This document shows, piece by piece, positions 1 to 9,470 of a stretch of DNA of 64,000 nucleotides. Source of the stretch: an uncultured Gemmataceae bacterium (lineage in GTDB: Bacteria > Planctomycetota > Planctomycetia > Gemmatales > Gemmataceae); NCBI GenBank assembly GCA_963750165.1, contig CAVVPN010000011.1, positions 1,568,001-1,632,000 on the forward strand. The letters are read 5' to 3'. How positions within the stretch are numbered: the stretch's first letter is position 1; the number at the start of each line of letters is the position of its first letter. The translations under genes and the position numbers were made by a program. The notes beneath the pieces were generated by a model. That model searched no databases, was not told where the DNA came from, and saw only the letters and a list, made by a program, of their open reading frames with translations.

Positions 1-1816
1 GCGCGGGGGCTGCGGTCGCGTCGGGGGCTGGCGCGGCGGGCAAGCTGCGGTGCGGCGACAGGCTCTCGACGGTGAACGGCCCGGTCAGCCGCACGACGTT
101 CTTGTCCTCGTAAGGCTGGTCGTACAGCGTTTCGGTGTCGGCGTGTTTGGCAATCGCCTGGTCGATCTGCTCGCGGGTCATCCCGGGCTGGATGTCGGGG
201 TTGTTGGCGATGCTCTTGAGCGTGACGTGCGGCACGGTGCGGTACACGAACCCCTTGTGCATGTCGCGCTGCGGGGCGGGCGCGTTGGGGTCGGTCGGCG
301 TGCCGGTCAGCTCGGCCTGCTTCTTGCGGCCTTCGGGCGAGTCGGCGAGCAGGTAGTAGGGGAAGCGGGCGGCCATCAGACGGGAGCGGGCCAGCGCCAG
401 CGCGACGCGGGACGTGTCGATGGTGATCCAGCGCCGGCCCCACTGCTCCGCGACGTAGGCCGTCGTGCCGCTCCCGCACGTCGGGTCGAGGACAAGGTCG
501 CCGGGGTCGGTCGCCATCAGGATGCAACGCTCGACAATTTTAGAGGCCGTTTGGACAACATAGGTTTTGTCATCCGTGCCCATTAAGTCGGACCAGATGT
601 TCGTCAATTCAGTGACGGGAAAATCATCGAGGTAACGAATAAAGCGCGGAGTCGCACCTTGTGTGAAGATGCGCTTCGCCGCCGCCAACTTCATCATGTT
701 CGGCAGCGTGGTAGACCACTGACGGTTTGGTGGAAGGCGAAATATCTTACCGTCCAACGTAAACTCGTACAGACAGGATTTTACACCGGCGTGCATTGTG
801 TGAAGTGCCGTCGGCTGAAACAGTCGGTCGCCCTCTTGTAGCTGTTGTCCTCGTTTCAGAGAGCGGAATGTCCCAGACGCATCGCAGACATTACCGTACT
901 GATCGGCTGTGCCTGAATCGAGTTTGTTCAGGAAGACGGATCGAAACTTTCGTTGTTCGCGGTTCTTGTAATACCACACGATGTAATCACACACAGTCGT
1001 TAAGCCACCCGAACCAAGCCCGCCTGTTTTTCGCACCGAAACGAGAGATGCGAAGTTGTCGCTGCCAAAAACCTCATCCAACAGCGAGCGCACAAGATGC
1101 ACGTTCTCGTCACTGATCTGGACGAAGATGCTGCCGCTCTCGGTGAGCAGGTCGCGGGCGGCGGCGAGGCGATCCCTCAGATAGCTCAGGTAGCTGTGGA
1201 TGCCGAGTTCCCAGGTGTCGCGGAACGCCTTGATCTGCTCGGGCTGGCGGGTCAGGTCCTCGGCCTTGGCGTCCTTCACGTCGCGCTTGCGGGTGCTCAC
1301 CTGCCAGTTGCTGCCGAACCGGATGCCGTAGGGCGGGTCGAAGTAGACGCACTGCACCTGGCCGCGCAGCCGCTCCTTCTCGGCGAGGCTGGCCATCACG
1401 AGCAGGCTGTCGCCGAGGATCAGCCGGTTCGTCCAGTGCTGGTCGTGCTGGTAGAACTCCAGTTTCTTCTGGAAGTCGTCCAGGCCGTTGAAGTCGCTGA
1501 ACAGGTCGGCGAGCGGTGCGCGCCGCTTCGCCCGCGCCTTCACGTCCTCGACGATGGCCCGCGGGTGGACCTTCTCCTGAACGTGCAGGGCCACGGCCGG
1601 CACCTCCAGGGGCTTCGCGTCCTGCTCGTCCTTGCCCTTCCAGACGAGCTGCGGGTCGAGCGAGCGGTCGCGGTGGACGACGAACGACTGCGGGCCGTCG
1701 TCGGCGGCGAACGCGGCGGTTTCGCGCGTGGGGATGTTCGGCCGCTTGTCGGCCGGGTGTTTGTGGGCATCGACCGGGACGGAGGCGGGCTTCGCGGTGG
1801 GATTCTTCTTGGCCAT
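1..1816 (-). CDS. mod: Type III restriction-modification DNA methyltransferase (Mod), runs off the left edge
   Basis: Manual translation from ATG at 1816 (MAKKNPTAKP...). Contains catalytic YFDPPY, SAM-binding LDPTCGSGTT and NRLILGDSLLVM. Lies downstream of a Res helicase. Not in the ORF track because no stop falls within the window. Confidence 0.92.
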   Translation of the reverse strand, partial: MAKKNPTAKPASVPVDAHKHPADKRPNIPTRETAAFAADDGPQSFVVHRDRSLDPQLVWKGKDEQDAKPLEVPAVALHVQEKVHPRAIVEDVKARAKRRAPLADLFSDFNGLDDFQKKLEFYQHDQHWTNRLILGDSLLVMASLAEKERLRGQVQCVYFDPPYGIRFGSNWQVSTRKRDVKDAKAEDLTRQPEQIKAFRDTWELGIHSYLSYLRDRLAAARDLLTESGSIFVQISDENVHLVRSLLDEVFGSDNFASLVSVRKTGGLGSGGLTTVCDYIVWYYKNREQRKFRSVFLNKLDSGTADQYGNVCDASGTFRSLKRGQQLQEGDRLFQPTALHTMHAGVKSCLYEFTLDGKIFRLPPNRQWSTTLPNMMKLAAAKRIFTQGATPRFIRYLDDFPVTELTNIWSDLMGTDDKTYVVQTASKIVERCILMATDPGDLVLDPTCGSGTTAYVAEQWGRRWITIDTSRVALALARSRLMAARFPYYLLADSPEGRKKQAELTGTPTDPNAPAPQRDMHKGFVYRTVPHVTLKSIANNPDIQPGMTREQIDQAIAKHADTETLYDQPYEDKNVVRLTGPFTVESLSPHRSLPAAPAPDATAAPA

Positions 1817-1826
1817 CGGGGCACCT

Positions 1827-3008
1827 TCAGGGGGTAGGGGGTGGGGCCGCCGGCGCGCTGAGCGGGGCGTCCAGGAGGGCCAGCACCTCGTCCGCGCGGT
1901 AAATGCGGTTGCGTTTCTGGCCGGTGATTTCGCGGAGCATGCCGGCGTCGGCAAGCGTCGTCACGGTCTGGGCCGCCGATTTGAACGAAACGTCCATCAC
2001 TTCGGCGGCGTGGTTAACCGTGATGTAGGGAGACGCGAACAACTCCTCGACGAGCCGCTGAGGGGCGGCCGTGCGGATCAGGGCGCCGGTTCGTTCGCGG
2101 TACGATGCCTGCAAATCTTGCAGGCGCTGAACGCGCGTAATCGCGTCGCGGGCCTGCTCCGTGACGCCGCGGGCGAAGAACCCGATCCATTCGTTCCAGG
2201 CCGCCTGCCGGCTGACGTTCAGCAGGTGGTCGTAGTATTCGTCGCGGTGTTGCTCGAAGAACGCCGAGAGGTACAGCAGCGGCAAGGGCAGCACCTGGCG
2301 CTCGCACAGCATCAGGGTAATCAGGAGCCGCCCGACGCGGCCGTTGCCGTCGTTGAACGGGTGGATCGTCTCAAACTGGTAGTGCATCAGGGCGAGCTGG
2401 ACGATGACGGGCAGCGCCCGCTCGTCGCGCAGGAAGCGGACGAAGTCTTGGAGCAATGGTTCCAGGGTCGTGTGGCACGGGGGAACGAAACGGGCCGCAT
2501 CGAAGTCGTAGGTCCGGCCGATGAGCACGGGGCGGTCACGCACCTCCCCAGGCTTTTTTTCGTCGCCGCGCACCCTGGTGAGGAGGATGCGATGCACCTC
2601 GCGCAGCAGGTGGAGGGAGAAGGGATACCCGCTTCGGACGGACTGCAGGCCGTGCTCCAGTGCCAGAACGTAGTTCCGCACCTCATCCGCGTCGGAAGGA
2701 AGTGACAGTTCTTCCGGCTGGGCTTCAAACAGGAAGAGCTGGTCCAGGTTGGTGACCGTCCCCTCGATCCGGCTGGACAGAACGGCCTCGCGGCGGATGA
2801 AAGGCCGGATAAGCAGGTGCGGGTTGACAAGCCGACGCCCGGCCCCGGCCAACTCGCCAAGCGCCTGGTCGGCCGCCGAGAGCTGCGCCATCAACTCCAG
2901 GGTGGGCTGGAGCGCGGGCGGGAGGGGAGCCGGCGCGAAGGTCCAGTGCCCGAGGACAGAACGGACAATCCTCCCTGGCGCCTGCGGCGAGAACTCTTCT
3001 GGACGCAA
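1827..3008 (-). CDS. Fic family protein (N-terminal inhibitory motif, C-terminal HTH)
   Basis: Fic motif HPFNDGNGRVGR. SSRIEG matches the (S/T)xxxE(G/N) inhibitory motif. Confidence 0.93.
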   Translation of the reverse strand: MRPEEFSPQAPGRIVRSVLGHWTFAPAPLPPALQPTLELMAQLSAADQALGELAGAGRRLVNPHLLIRPFIRREAVLSSRIEGTVTNLDQLFLFEAQPEELSLPSDADEVRNYVLALEHGLQSVRSGYPFSLHLLREVHRILLTRVRGDEKKPGEVRDRPVLIGRTYDFDAARFVPPCHTTLEPLLQDFVRFLRDERALPVIVQLALMHYQFETIHPFNDGNGRVGRLLITLMLCERQVLPLPLLYLSAFFEQHRDEYYDHLLNVSRQAAWNEWIGFFARGVTEQARDAITRVQRLQDLQASYRERTGALIRTAAPQRLVEELFASPYITVNHAAEVMDVSFKSAAQTVTTLADAGMLREITGQKRNRIYRADEVLALLDAPLSAPAAPPPTP

Positions 3009-3140
3009 GTCAGCCCCCTATCAAGGGATTGAGCGTGTTTACCTAAACGCCAATAGTCCGGAATCAATTTACCCAAAACCACGCTTTGGGTAAATAGCAT
3101 CGACTGGCTGCGAAAGTTACCCAGTTTGACGAAAGTCCAC

Positions 3141-6100
3141 TTACGCCGCTGACTCGCGCAGTAGTTTGCGGATTTCCTGTTTGGTCTTGTGCAGGTTCGA
3201 GCCGTCGATTTCGAGGAACGCCCAGCGGCCGAACGAGCCGAGGTTGTTCACGCCCGGCACCCACAACGTCTTCACGGTCTGCACCTTCGCGTCCTTCTCC
3301 TTCTTCTTCTGCCCGGACACCTCCAGGATGAGGTTGAGCAGGTCTGTTGTCCCGCGGCCGTCGTCGAGCTTCACGATCAGGTCCGGGTAGTAGTTGCCGG
3401 CCCGGCCGTCACAGGTGTACGGGATGCGGAAACCGATGCCCTGGTTCTTGGCGTAGGCCCGCACCTCTGTCATCTCTTCGAGCTTCTTGCAGACGATGGT
3501 TTCCCAGTCGCTGTCCTGCGGCACCTGGTTGAGGTGGCACTTCGCCGGGTCGGTCGGCCAGCAGTCCTTGATGGTGTCGAAGGACACGCCCGCGGTGGTG
3601 CCGAGGAAATCAGCGGGGGGCAGCTCGGCGCGCAGTCGCTCGGCCCCGCCCGACGAGGCGATGATGGCGCGGGCGATCTTCTCGCAGACGGCGCTTTTCT
3701 TCTGGCCGAACACCAGCAGGCCGGGGAACGTGTCGTCGCCGTAGTCCACGTTCGGGGAGTCGCCGCCCTCCGGGTCGCCGAGCCAGGCGCGGACGATGCC
3801 GAGCAGCTGCGGGAACAGCCAGGCCCGGTCGGGGAAGTGGTGCCGCTGCAGGTGCGTGGCGAGCTGGAAGGCGACCGCCTGCGGGCGCAGCGCCCTGGTT
3901 TCTTCCAGCGTCATCTCCGCCTTCTCGCCGACAATCGGCGCGTCCAGGACGTGGGTCGGGATGTCCTGCGTGGTAACCACTTCGCGGTGGGTTTCGTCGA
4001 ACGTCGCCGTCAGCCGCTCGGCCGGCACGTCGAACCGATAGCCGAGGACGCGCGGGAACGTCACTTCGAGCCAGGGGGCGCCGGTCAGTCGTTCCGGCAT
4101 GGCGCGCACGGCCTTGCCCGGTTTGGGCGTGGCCGGGGCGCGCTCCTCGGGCAGCCCCGCGACCGGGAAGCCGCTGAACGGCACCCCGAAAATGTCCGCA
4201 TACTCCGGCGTCAGCATCCCGTCCGCATCGACGGCGTAACTCCGCCGCCGCAGCCCGCGGCCCATCACCTGCTCGCACAAGAGCCGCGTGCCGAAGGCCC
4301 GCACGCCGAGGATGTGCGTCACGGTCCTGCAGTCCCACCCCTCGGTGAGCATCGAGACGGACACCACGCAGCGGATGTGCTCGCCGAGTTTGCCGTTCTT
4401 GCCGACGGTGTTCAGCACCTCGCGCATCAGGTCTTCCTCGGTCAGCTTGTCCGCGTCGCGGCCGGGGAAGCGCCGCCGGTACTCCGCCTTGAAGTCCTCG
4501 ATCTGGTGCCGGGCGAGCTTCTTGAAGTCGTCGGACAGGCTCTCGCCGGATTCGAGTTGCCGGCTATCGACGAGGATCGTGTTCGGCTGGTGCCGCCAGC
4601 GCTGGCCCTGGGTGTTGTCGAACAGCGGCAGGGCGCCGGGGGCGACCACCGGCGCGCCGTCCGGGTGGAGGTGTTCGGTTTCGTAGCCCGCGATGAAGTC
4701 GAACAGCAATTTGCTGACGTTGGTGTTGTTGCAGACGACGATGAACACGGGCGGGGTGCTGCCGTTGGCCCGGCCTTCCTGGTCGGCTTCCCACTCCTTG
4801 AACTTCCGGTCGTAGTGCCCGTAGAGGCTCTTGAGCGCGGCTTCCAGCAGCCCCGGCAAGAGGGGCGGCTTGTGGGCGTCCTCCGGCCCGCGGCGCACGT
4901 CCTTCAGGCCATCGCGGATTTCGACCCACAGGTTGCGAAACTTCGGGTAGTCGCCGGTCATCGCGTTGTCGGCGATGGGCACGCGGGGGATCTTGACGAT
5001 GCCGCACTCGATGGCGTCCATCAGCGAGAAGTCGGACACGACCCAGGGGAACAGGTCGCCTTCGCGGTAGCCGGACCCCTTCAGATAGAAGGGCGTGGCG
5101 GACAGGTCGAAGACCGCTTTCACGCCGATCTTCTTGTGGACCGCCTCCAGCCCGGTGATCCACAGGCGGGCCTCCTCGGCGCGGGCCTTGGCCTCGGCCG
5201 CCTCCTCCCGGGTCATCTTCTCCTTGGCGGCGTTCGGGTTGCCCCGGTAGCAGTGGTGCGCCTCGTCGTTGATGACGATGATCTCGCGGTGCTTGCCCAG
5301 GTCGTTGCAGACGCGGTTCACCATCTCGTCGGGCGACTCGGTGAAGGCGCCGGGGTGGTTGGCGGTCAGGACACGCTTCGTCAGGCCACCGGCGTCGCCC
5401 TTCTCGCGGAGCCTGAAGGCGTGGAAGTTGGTGACGACGACCCGCGCCGTGCTCAGGTCGTCGCGGTACTCCGCCGGAACGATGTCGAACTCCTTGTAGC
5501 AGCTGTTCGGGTCGGACGGGAGCAGGACGCGGAGCCGGTCGCGGATGGTGATGCCCGGGGCGACGATGAGGAAGGCGTCGGTGAAGCGTTTGTCCTGGGA
5601 CGCGCGGCGCTTGTTGAGCACCTGCCAGGCGATGAGCATGGCCATCACGCCCGTCTTGCCGGTGCCGGTCGCCATCTTGCACGCGACGCGGAGCAGGTCG
5701 GTCCCCGCCTCAGCCGCCTTCTCCCGGAGGTGGTCCTCGATCCAGGCGTGGCCGTACCTGGTCTGCTTCGCCACCTCGGTGATGAAGATGAGGGTTTCCA
5801 CTGCTTCAAGCTGGCAGAAGAACAGCCGGCGGAAGCGGTCCTCCGCGTGCCAGTGTCTGAGCAGGGTGCGGGTGATCTCATTGGCGTCCGGCCAACCGAG
5901 GTCGCGCCACTGCCGGACTACCTGCCGGATGCGGTTGACGTGGCCGCATTCCGTTTCCTGCTCCTCCAGGTGGTCGAACAGTCCCGGGCCGGCCTTCTTC
6001 TTCGGCGCGGCAATGGGGAGGAAATAACTGCTGCCCCGCCGCCCCGGGTCGGTCTTGTTGAGGACCTGGCCGTTGGCGTCGAGCCGGAAGTGCCGGGTCG

Positions 6101-6152
6101 GCTCGCGGTAGGGCGAGTTCAGGATCGGGTTGTCGATGGTGGCTGGGGACAT
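3141..6152 (-). CDS. res: Type III restriction enzyme Res subunit (SF2 helicase plus nuclease), ~1003 aa
   Basis: Likely true start MSPATIDNPILNSPY at 6152. Motifs MATGTGKT, INDEAHHCY, LSATP, MLTEGWD, and C-terminal YYPDLIV...LEVSG nuclease motif. Confidence 0.92.
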   Translation of the reverse strand: MSPATIDNPILNSPYREPTRHFRLDANGQVLNKTDPGRRGSSYFLPIAAPKKKAGPGLFDHLEEQETECGHVNRIRQVVRQWRDLGWPDANEITRTLLRHWHAEDRFRRLFFCQLEAVETLIFITEVAKQTRYGHAWIEDHLREKAAEAGTDLLRVACKMATGTGKTGVMAMLIAWQVLNKRRASQDKRFTDAFLIVAPGITIRDRLRVLLPSDPNSCYKEFDIVPAEYRDDLSTARVVVTNFHAFRLREKGDAGGLTKRVLTANHPGAFTESPDEMVNRVCNDLGKHREIIVINDEAHHCYRGNPNAAKEKMTREEAAEAKARAEEARLWITGLEAVHKKIGVKAVFDLSATPFYLKGSGYREGDLFPWVVSDFSLMDAIECGIVKIPRVPIADNAMTGDYPKFRNLWVEIRDGLKDVRRGPEDAHKPPLLPGLLEAALKSLYGHYDRKFKEWEADQEGRANGSTPPVFIVVCNNTNVSKLLFDFIAGYETEHLHPDGAPVVAPGALPLFDNTQGQRWRHQPNTILVDSRQLESGESLSDDFKKLARHQIEDFKAEYRRRFPGRDADKLTEEDLMREVLNTVGKNGKLGEHIRCVVSVSMLTEGWDCRTVTHILGVRAFGTRLLCEQVMGRGLRRRSYAVDADGMLTPEYADIFGVPFSGFPVAGLPEERAPATPKPGKAVRAMPERLTGAPWLEVTFPRVLGYRFDVPAERLTATFDETHREVVTTQDIPTHVLDAPIVGEKAEMTLEETRALRPQAVAFQLATHLQRHHFPDRAWLFPQLLGIVRAWLGDPEGGDSPNVDYGDDTFPGLLVFGQKKSAVCEKIARAIIASSGGAERLRAELPPADFLGTTAGVSFDTIKDCWPTDPAKCHLNQVPQDSDWETIVCKKLEEMTEVRAYAKNQGIGFRIPYTCDGRAGNYYPDLIVKLDDGRGTTDLLNLILEVSGQKKKEKDAKVQTVKTLWVPGVNNLGSFGRWAFLEIDGSNLHKTKQEIRKLLRESAA

Positions 6153-6239
6153 CGGCGCGCTCCGTCGGGGTGATGGTTGGATAGTGTAACCAAGCGTGCG
6201 ACGATTACAACAGGTGAGTAGCGAAACCCCAGCAGTATC

Positions 6240-7967
6240 GAGGCCATCAACAGCTTTGCAAGGCAGAATCCTGTGTGTTACAAAGGGGCGAGGAATTACT
6301 CCGCCGCTTCCGCCGCAAGGACAAGGCAGGATTTGCCATGCCGCGCCGTGAACTCTCTCCCGAAGTCCTCCAGGAAATCCGTGACCTCGCCGCCGGCTGG
6401 GGCAAAATCGTCGCCCGCCGCGCCTTCGGCGCCGACGGACCGGGCCTCGACACCGACTTCGACACCCTGGAGCAACTCGCCCGGGCCGCCGCCGCCGGCC
6501 TGACCGAAGGCGCCCTGGCCACGCTGCTCGAACAACAGGCCCAGGCCCTCGGGGAGCGACAGCCCTGTCCCGACTGCGGCACCCCGTGCCCCGTGCGGCG
6601 CGAACCCCGCACCCTGGCCTTCCCCGGCGGCACCCTCCCGCAGCGCGAGCCGGTCTGCCACTGCCCCGCCTGCCGGCGGGACTTTTTCCCCCCAGCGGCC
6701 CCCGCTCCGCCTGGACAGCCACGCCTACAGCCCGGCCGCCCGGCGCCTGATCGCTGAGGCGGCCGCCCGGCTGGGCTCCTTCGCCGACGCCGCCTACGCG
6801 CTGTCGTTGGCCGGCCTGGCCATCTCGCCGCAGCACGTGCGTACGCTCGCCCAAGAGGTGGGCGCCGACCTGGCGCGGCAGCGCGACGCCCGGGCCGCCC
6901 AACCGCGCCGGCGGCGGCCGGTGTGCGTGGCCCAGACCCCGCAGGTGGTGGCGGTCGAGGTCGATGGCGGCCGCCTGCGCACGCGCGCCACCGGCGCGGG
7001 GCCGGGCGTGCGCGGCTTGGAGAACAAGGAGGACAAGATCGCCTGCCTGGTCACGCTGACCGACGCGGCCGCGGACCAGGACCCGCAGCCGGAGCCGCCG
7101 CCGTCCTTCCTGCAACCGCGGCGGGTGGAGCGCCTGGTGCGGCAGATGGCCGGGCAAGCCGGGGACGGCCCGCCGGACTCGGCGGCGGCGCCGGAGACGA
7201 CGGCCGGCGCCGCGGCCGAGCCGGCCGCGGCCGAGCCGTGGGCACCCAAGAAGCGCTTGCGCACCTGCGTGGCCAGCCTGGCGGACAGCCAGACCTTCGG
7301 GCCGCTGGTGGCGGCCGAGGCGCAGGCGCGGGACTTCTACCGGGCGGCACGGCGGGCCTTCGTGGCCGACGGGGCGGCCTACAACTGGGCCCTCCAGCAG
7401 AAGCACTTCGCCGACTTCGTGCCGATCGTGGACTTCCTGCACGTGCTCTGCTACGTCTACGCGGCGGCGTTCGCGGTGGGCGCGGACGCGGCGGGACGGT
7501 GGGGGCAGTACGTGGCCTGGCTGCGGGCCTGCTGGCAGGGGCGGGTCGCGGAGGTGGTGGCGGCACTGCAGCAGTGGCAGGGGCGGGTGGGTCAGCCGCC
7601 GCCGGGGGCGGAGTTGCCGGCGACCGACCCCCGGCGGGCGGTGGCCGAGGCCTTGAGTTATCTGTCGCACAACGCCGCGCGGATGGACTACCCGCGCTAC
7701 CGCCGGGAGGGGTTGCCGATCACGAGCAGTCTGGTGGAGTCGCTGGTGGGGCAGTTCAACGCGCGGGTCAAGAGCCGCCAGAAGTACTGGAACCGCCCGG
7801 AGGGTGCCGAGGCCATCCTGCAACTGCGGGCGGCGCTGCTCAGTGAGGACGGCCGCTGGGAGCGCTACTTCGCCGAGCGGCCCGGGTCGCCGTATCGGCG
7901 CCACTCCAAAAGTGCCTGACCACCGGCGTCATCCCAGCCTTGGTCTCGCAAAGTTGTTGATGGCCTC
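6240..7967 (+). mobile_element. Complete insertion sequence, ISKra4/ISLre2-like (prokaryotic Mutator-like DDE), 1728 bp
   Basis: IRL GAGGCCATCAACAGCTTTGC (6240-6259) and IRR GCAAAGTTGTTGATGGCCTC (7948-7967) match at 19/20. The 9-bp direct repeat AGCAGTATC flanks it at 6231-6239 and 7968-7976. Confidence 0.93.
6338..7919 (+). CDS. Transposase in two frames (orfA with CxxC...CxxC, orfB with DDE), joined at a T5C6 slippery site
   Basis: orfA CPDC...CPACRRDFFP then +1 frame PQRPPLRLDSHAYSP. orfB has EVDGG, VADGAAYNW, VDFLH and MDYPRYRREGLPITSSLVES. Confidence 0.88.
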
Positions 7968-8020
7968 AGCAGTATCAGTTGGCAAGGCAGGGGGCGGGCG
8001 CCGCCCCCTGCCGTCCACCA

Positions 8021-8335
8021 CTACCCCGCCAGTGCGCCGGCGACCTCGCCGAACGCCAGGACGCGGCGGGTGCGCTCCGCCGGGATGTCCCGGACGGAGT
8101 ACCACAGCCCCTTGCGGGACCGCCGCAGCCAGCGCCGCGGCACCGAGACTTCCAGCACGACGACCGCCTCGACGCGGCCGCCGTGACGTTTGACGGTGTG
8201 CAGGGCAGCCCAGCTGGTCTTGTTGGGCGTGTGCATCCAGACCACTTTGAGCCGGCCCTTGCTTTTGGAGCAGAGCAAGCCGCCTTTCAGGATGCTGGGC
8301 AAGTTGCGAACCACCGTCGCATGACGTAACCGCAT
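8021..8335 (-). CDS. Small basic protein with a possible ADP-ribosyltransferase/KptA-like N-terminal motif
   Basis: LRHAT...NLPSILKGGL resembles the H-x-T...I-x-x-x-G-L strand of ART-fold proteins. Later VVVLEV and IP motifs. Confidence 0.5.
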   Translation of the reverse strand: MRLRHATVVRNLPSILKGGLLCSKSKGRLKVVWMHTPNKTSWAALHTVKRHGGRVEAVVVLEVSVPRRWLRRSRKGLWYSVRDIPAERTRRVLAFGEVAGALAG

Positions 8336-8395
8336 GGGGACCACCTTTCGCGCTGGGTGGCAGGGGGTGGGCGTTCCCCTGCCGTGGTCCCGTGG

Positions 8396-8731
8396 TTACA
8401 CCTGGCCGGCCTTGACCAGCGCCGCCAAGCCGTCCGAGTGACGGCAATGGTGCCACCGGCTGAAGCCCTTGCACTCACACGTCCGGTTGTCGCCGTCGAT
8501 GTTGACGTGGTAAGCGCTCCCTTCGGCGTCGTCGCCCATCTTCTCGACCTTGAAGCCGCGGCCGAAATCGGCCGGAATCTCGGTCAGGAAGTAGTCGGCC
8601 CGGTCCTTGCCGACGGTGATCTGCACCACGCCGGGGTTGCCCCCGAACGGCTGCAGCGCCAGGCGGATTGACCGCGCGGGCTTGGGACGTGGTTTGCGTT
8701 GACGGGCGGCCGCGGTTGCGGTAGCGTTCAT
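8396..8731 (-). CDS. SWIM zinc-finger protein (phage-like)
   Basis: YHVNIDGDNRTCECKGFSRWHHCRH (CxC-xn-CxH). GAAAGGA RBS upstream of ATG 8731. Confidence 0.75.
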   Translation of the reverse strand: MNATATAAARQRKPRPKPARSIRLALQPFGGNPGVVQITVGKDRADYFLTEIPADFGRGFKVEKMGDDAEGSAYHVNIDGDNRTCECKGFSRWHHCRHSDGLAALVKAGQV

Positions 8732-8938
8732 CTGCGTTCCTTTCGATGGAAGGAAAGCCGCGGGCCGGGGGTGTTGACGCACCCGCCGGCCCAACTTTGT
8801 TTCGGACCCGTTTGCCTCTTCTCTGGTTGGCGCGGCGGGAGCCAGTCCCCCGCGCCCGTGTCCCGCCCTCCCTCCCGGTTGCCCGGTTCCGAGCGGCCGC
8901 TTGTCAAAGAGCACATGCCGTCATAGACGGCAATTTCA

Positions 8939-9037
8939 TTGTAGCCCTTAAGGGCTACAAAACAAGCCCAGCTGGGTTATTTTTCTATTTGAAATACAAT
9001 GGCCGGACATTGTCTTTGTGGTACAGTTGGGCTACAA
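8939..9037. promoter_or_regulatory. Divergent control region with operator-like palindromes
   Basis: Perfect 22-bp palindrome TTGTAGCCCTTAAGGGCTACAA (8939-8960) and a half-site GGGCTACAA (9029-9037). AT-rich and lying between divergent genes. Confidence 0.65.
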
Positions 9038-9070
9038 TAACATTGGCCGGCGCATGTGGAGGATAAGACG

Positions 9071-9388
9071 ATGACAACGGGAATGTTCGCGGAGAAGTTG
9101 AAGCGGCTGCGGGAATCGGCCGGGCTGTCACAACAGCAGCTGGCCGACCGGGCAGGCATGAACCGTTTCGGCGTGGCGAAGCTCGAACAGGGGGTGCGCG
9201 AACCCAGTTGGGCCACGGTGCAAGTGCTGGCGAAGGCACTCGGCGTTGACTGCCTGGCGTTCGCCGACGCCCCTGGGGAGAGCGTTGTTGCGGTTCCCGA
9301 GCCAAAGCGGGGCCGACCGCGCAAGGACCAATCGCCAGCGAAAGCGCCCGCCGCGAAGAAGCCTCGAAGCCGGGGCAAAGCGAAGTGA
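9071..9388 (+). CDS. XRE/Cro-CI family HTH regulator with AT-hook-like tail
   Basis: LKRLRESAGLSQQQLADRAG...AKLEQGVREPSW; C-terminal PKRGRPRK. Confidence 0.9.
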   Translation: MTTGMFAEKLKRLRESAGLSQQQLADRAGMNRFGVAKLEQGVREPSWATVQVLAKALGVDCLAFADAPGESVVAVPEPKRGRPRKDQSPAKAPAAKKPRSRGKAK

Positions 9389-9470
9389 CCAAAGCACGGC
9401 AACCGGCGGGGTGCCGCGGCGCCGCCGGCCGTCATCATGATTTCCGTGGCAGGTGTGGAGGGTATCTCCC

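Noticed and set aside
3189..6173. 994-aa plus-strand ORF and many similar long overlapping ORFs
   Set aside because: These are shadow ORFs opposite real genes in high-GC DNA, with no recognisable motifs.
3141..7904. 1587-aa ORF suggesting a giant Res fusion
   Set aside because: The N-terminal ~580 aa are the stop-free antisense of the GC-rich IS. The Res protein plausibly starts at 6152.
8740..8910. Riboswitch or ribozyme (GGCAAAC...GAAA, c-di-GMP-I or hammerhead-like) in the SWIM gene leader
   Set aside because: The required pairing around GAAA and the CUGAnGA core are missing. Only generic GC hairpins are present.
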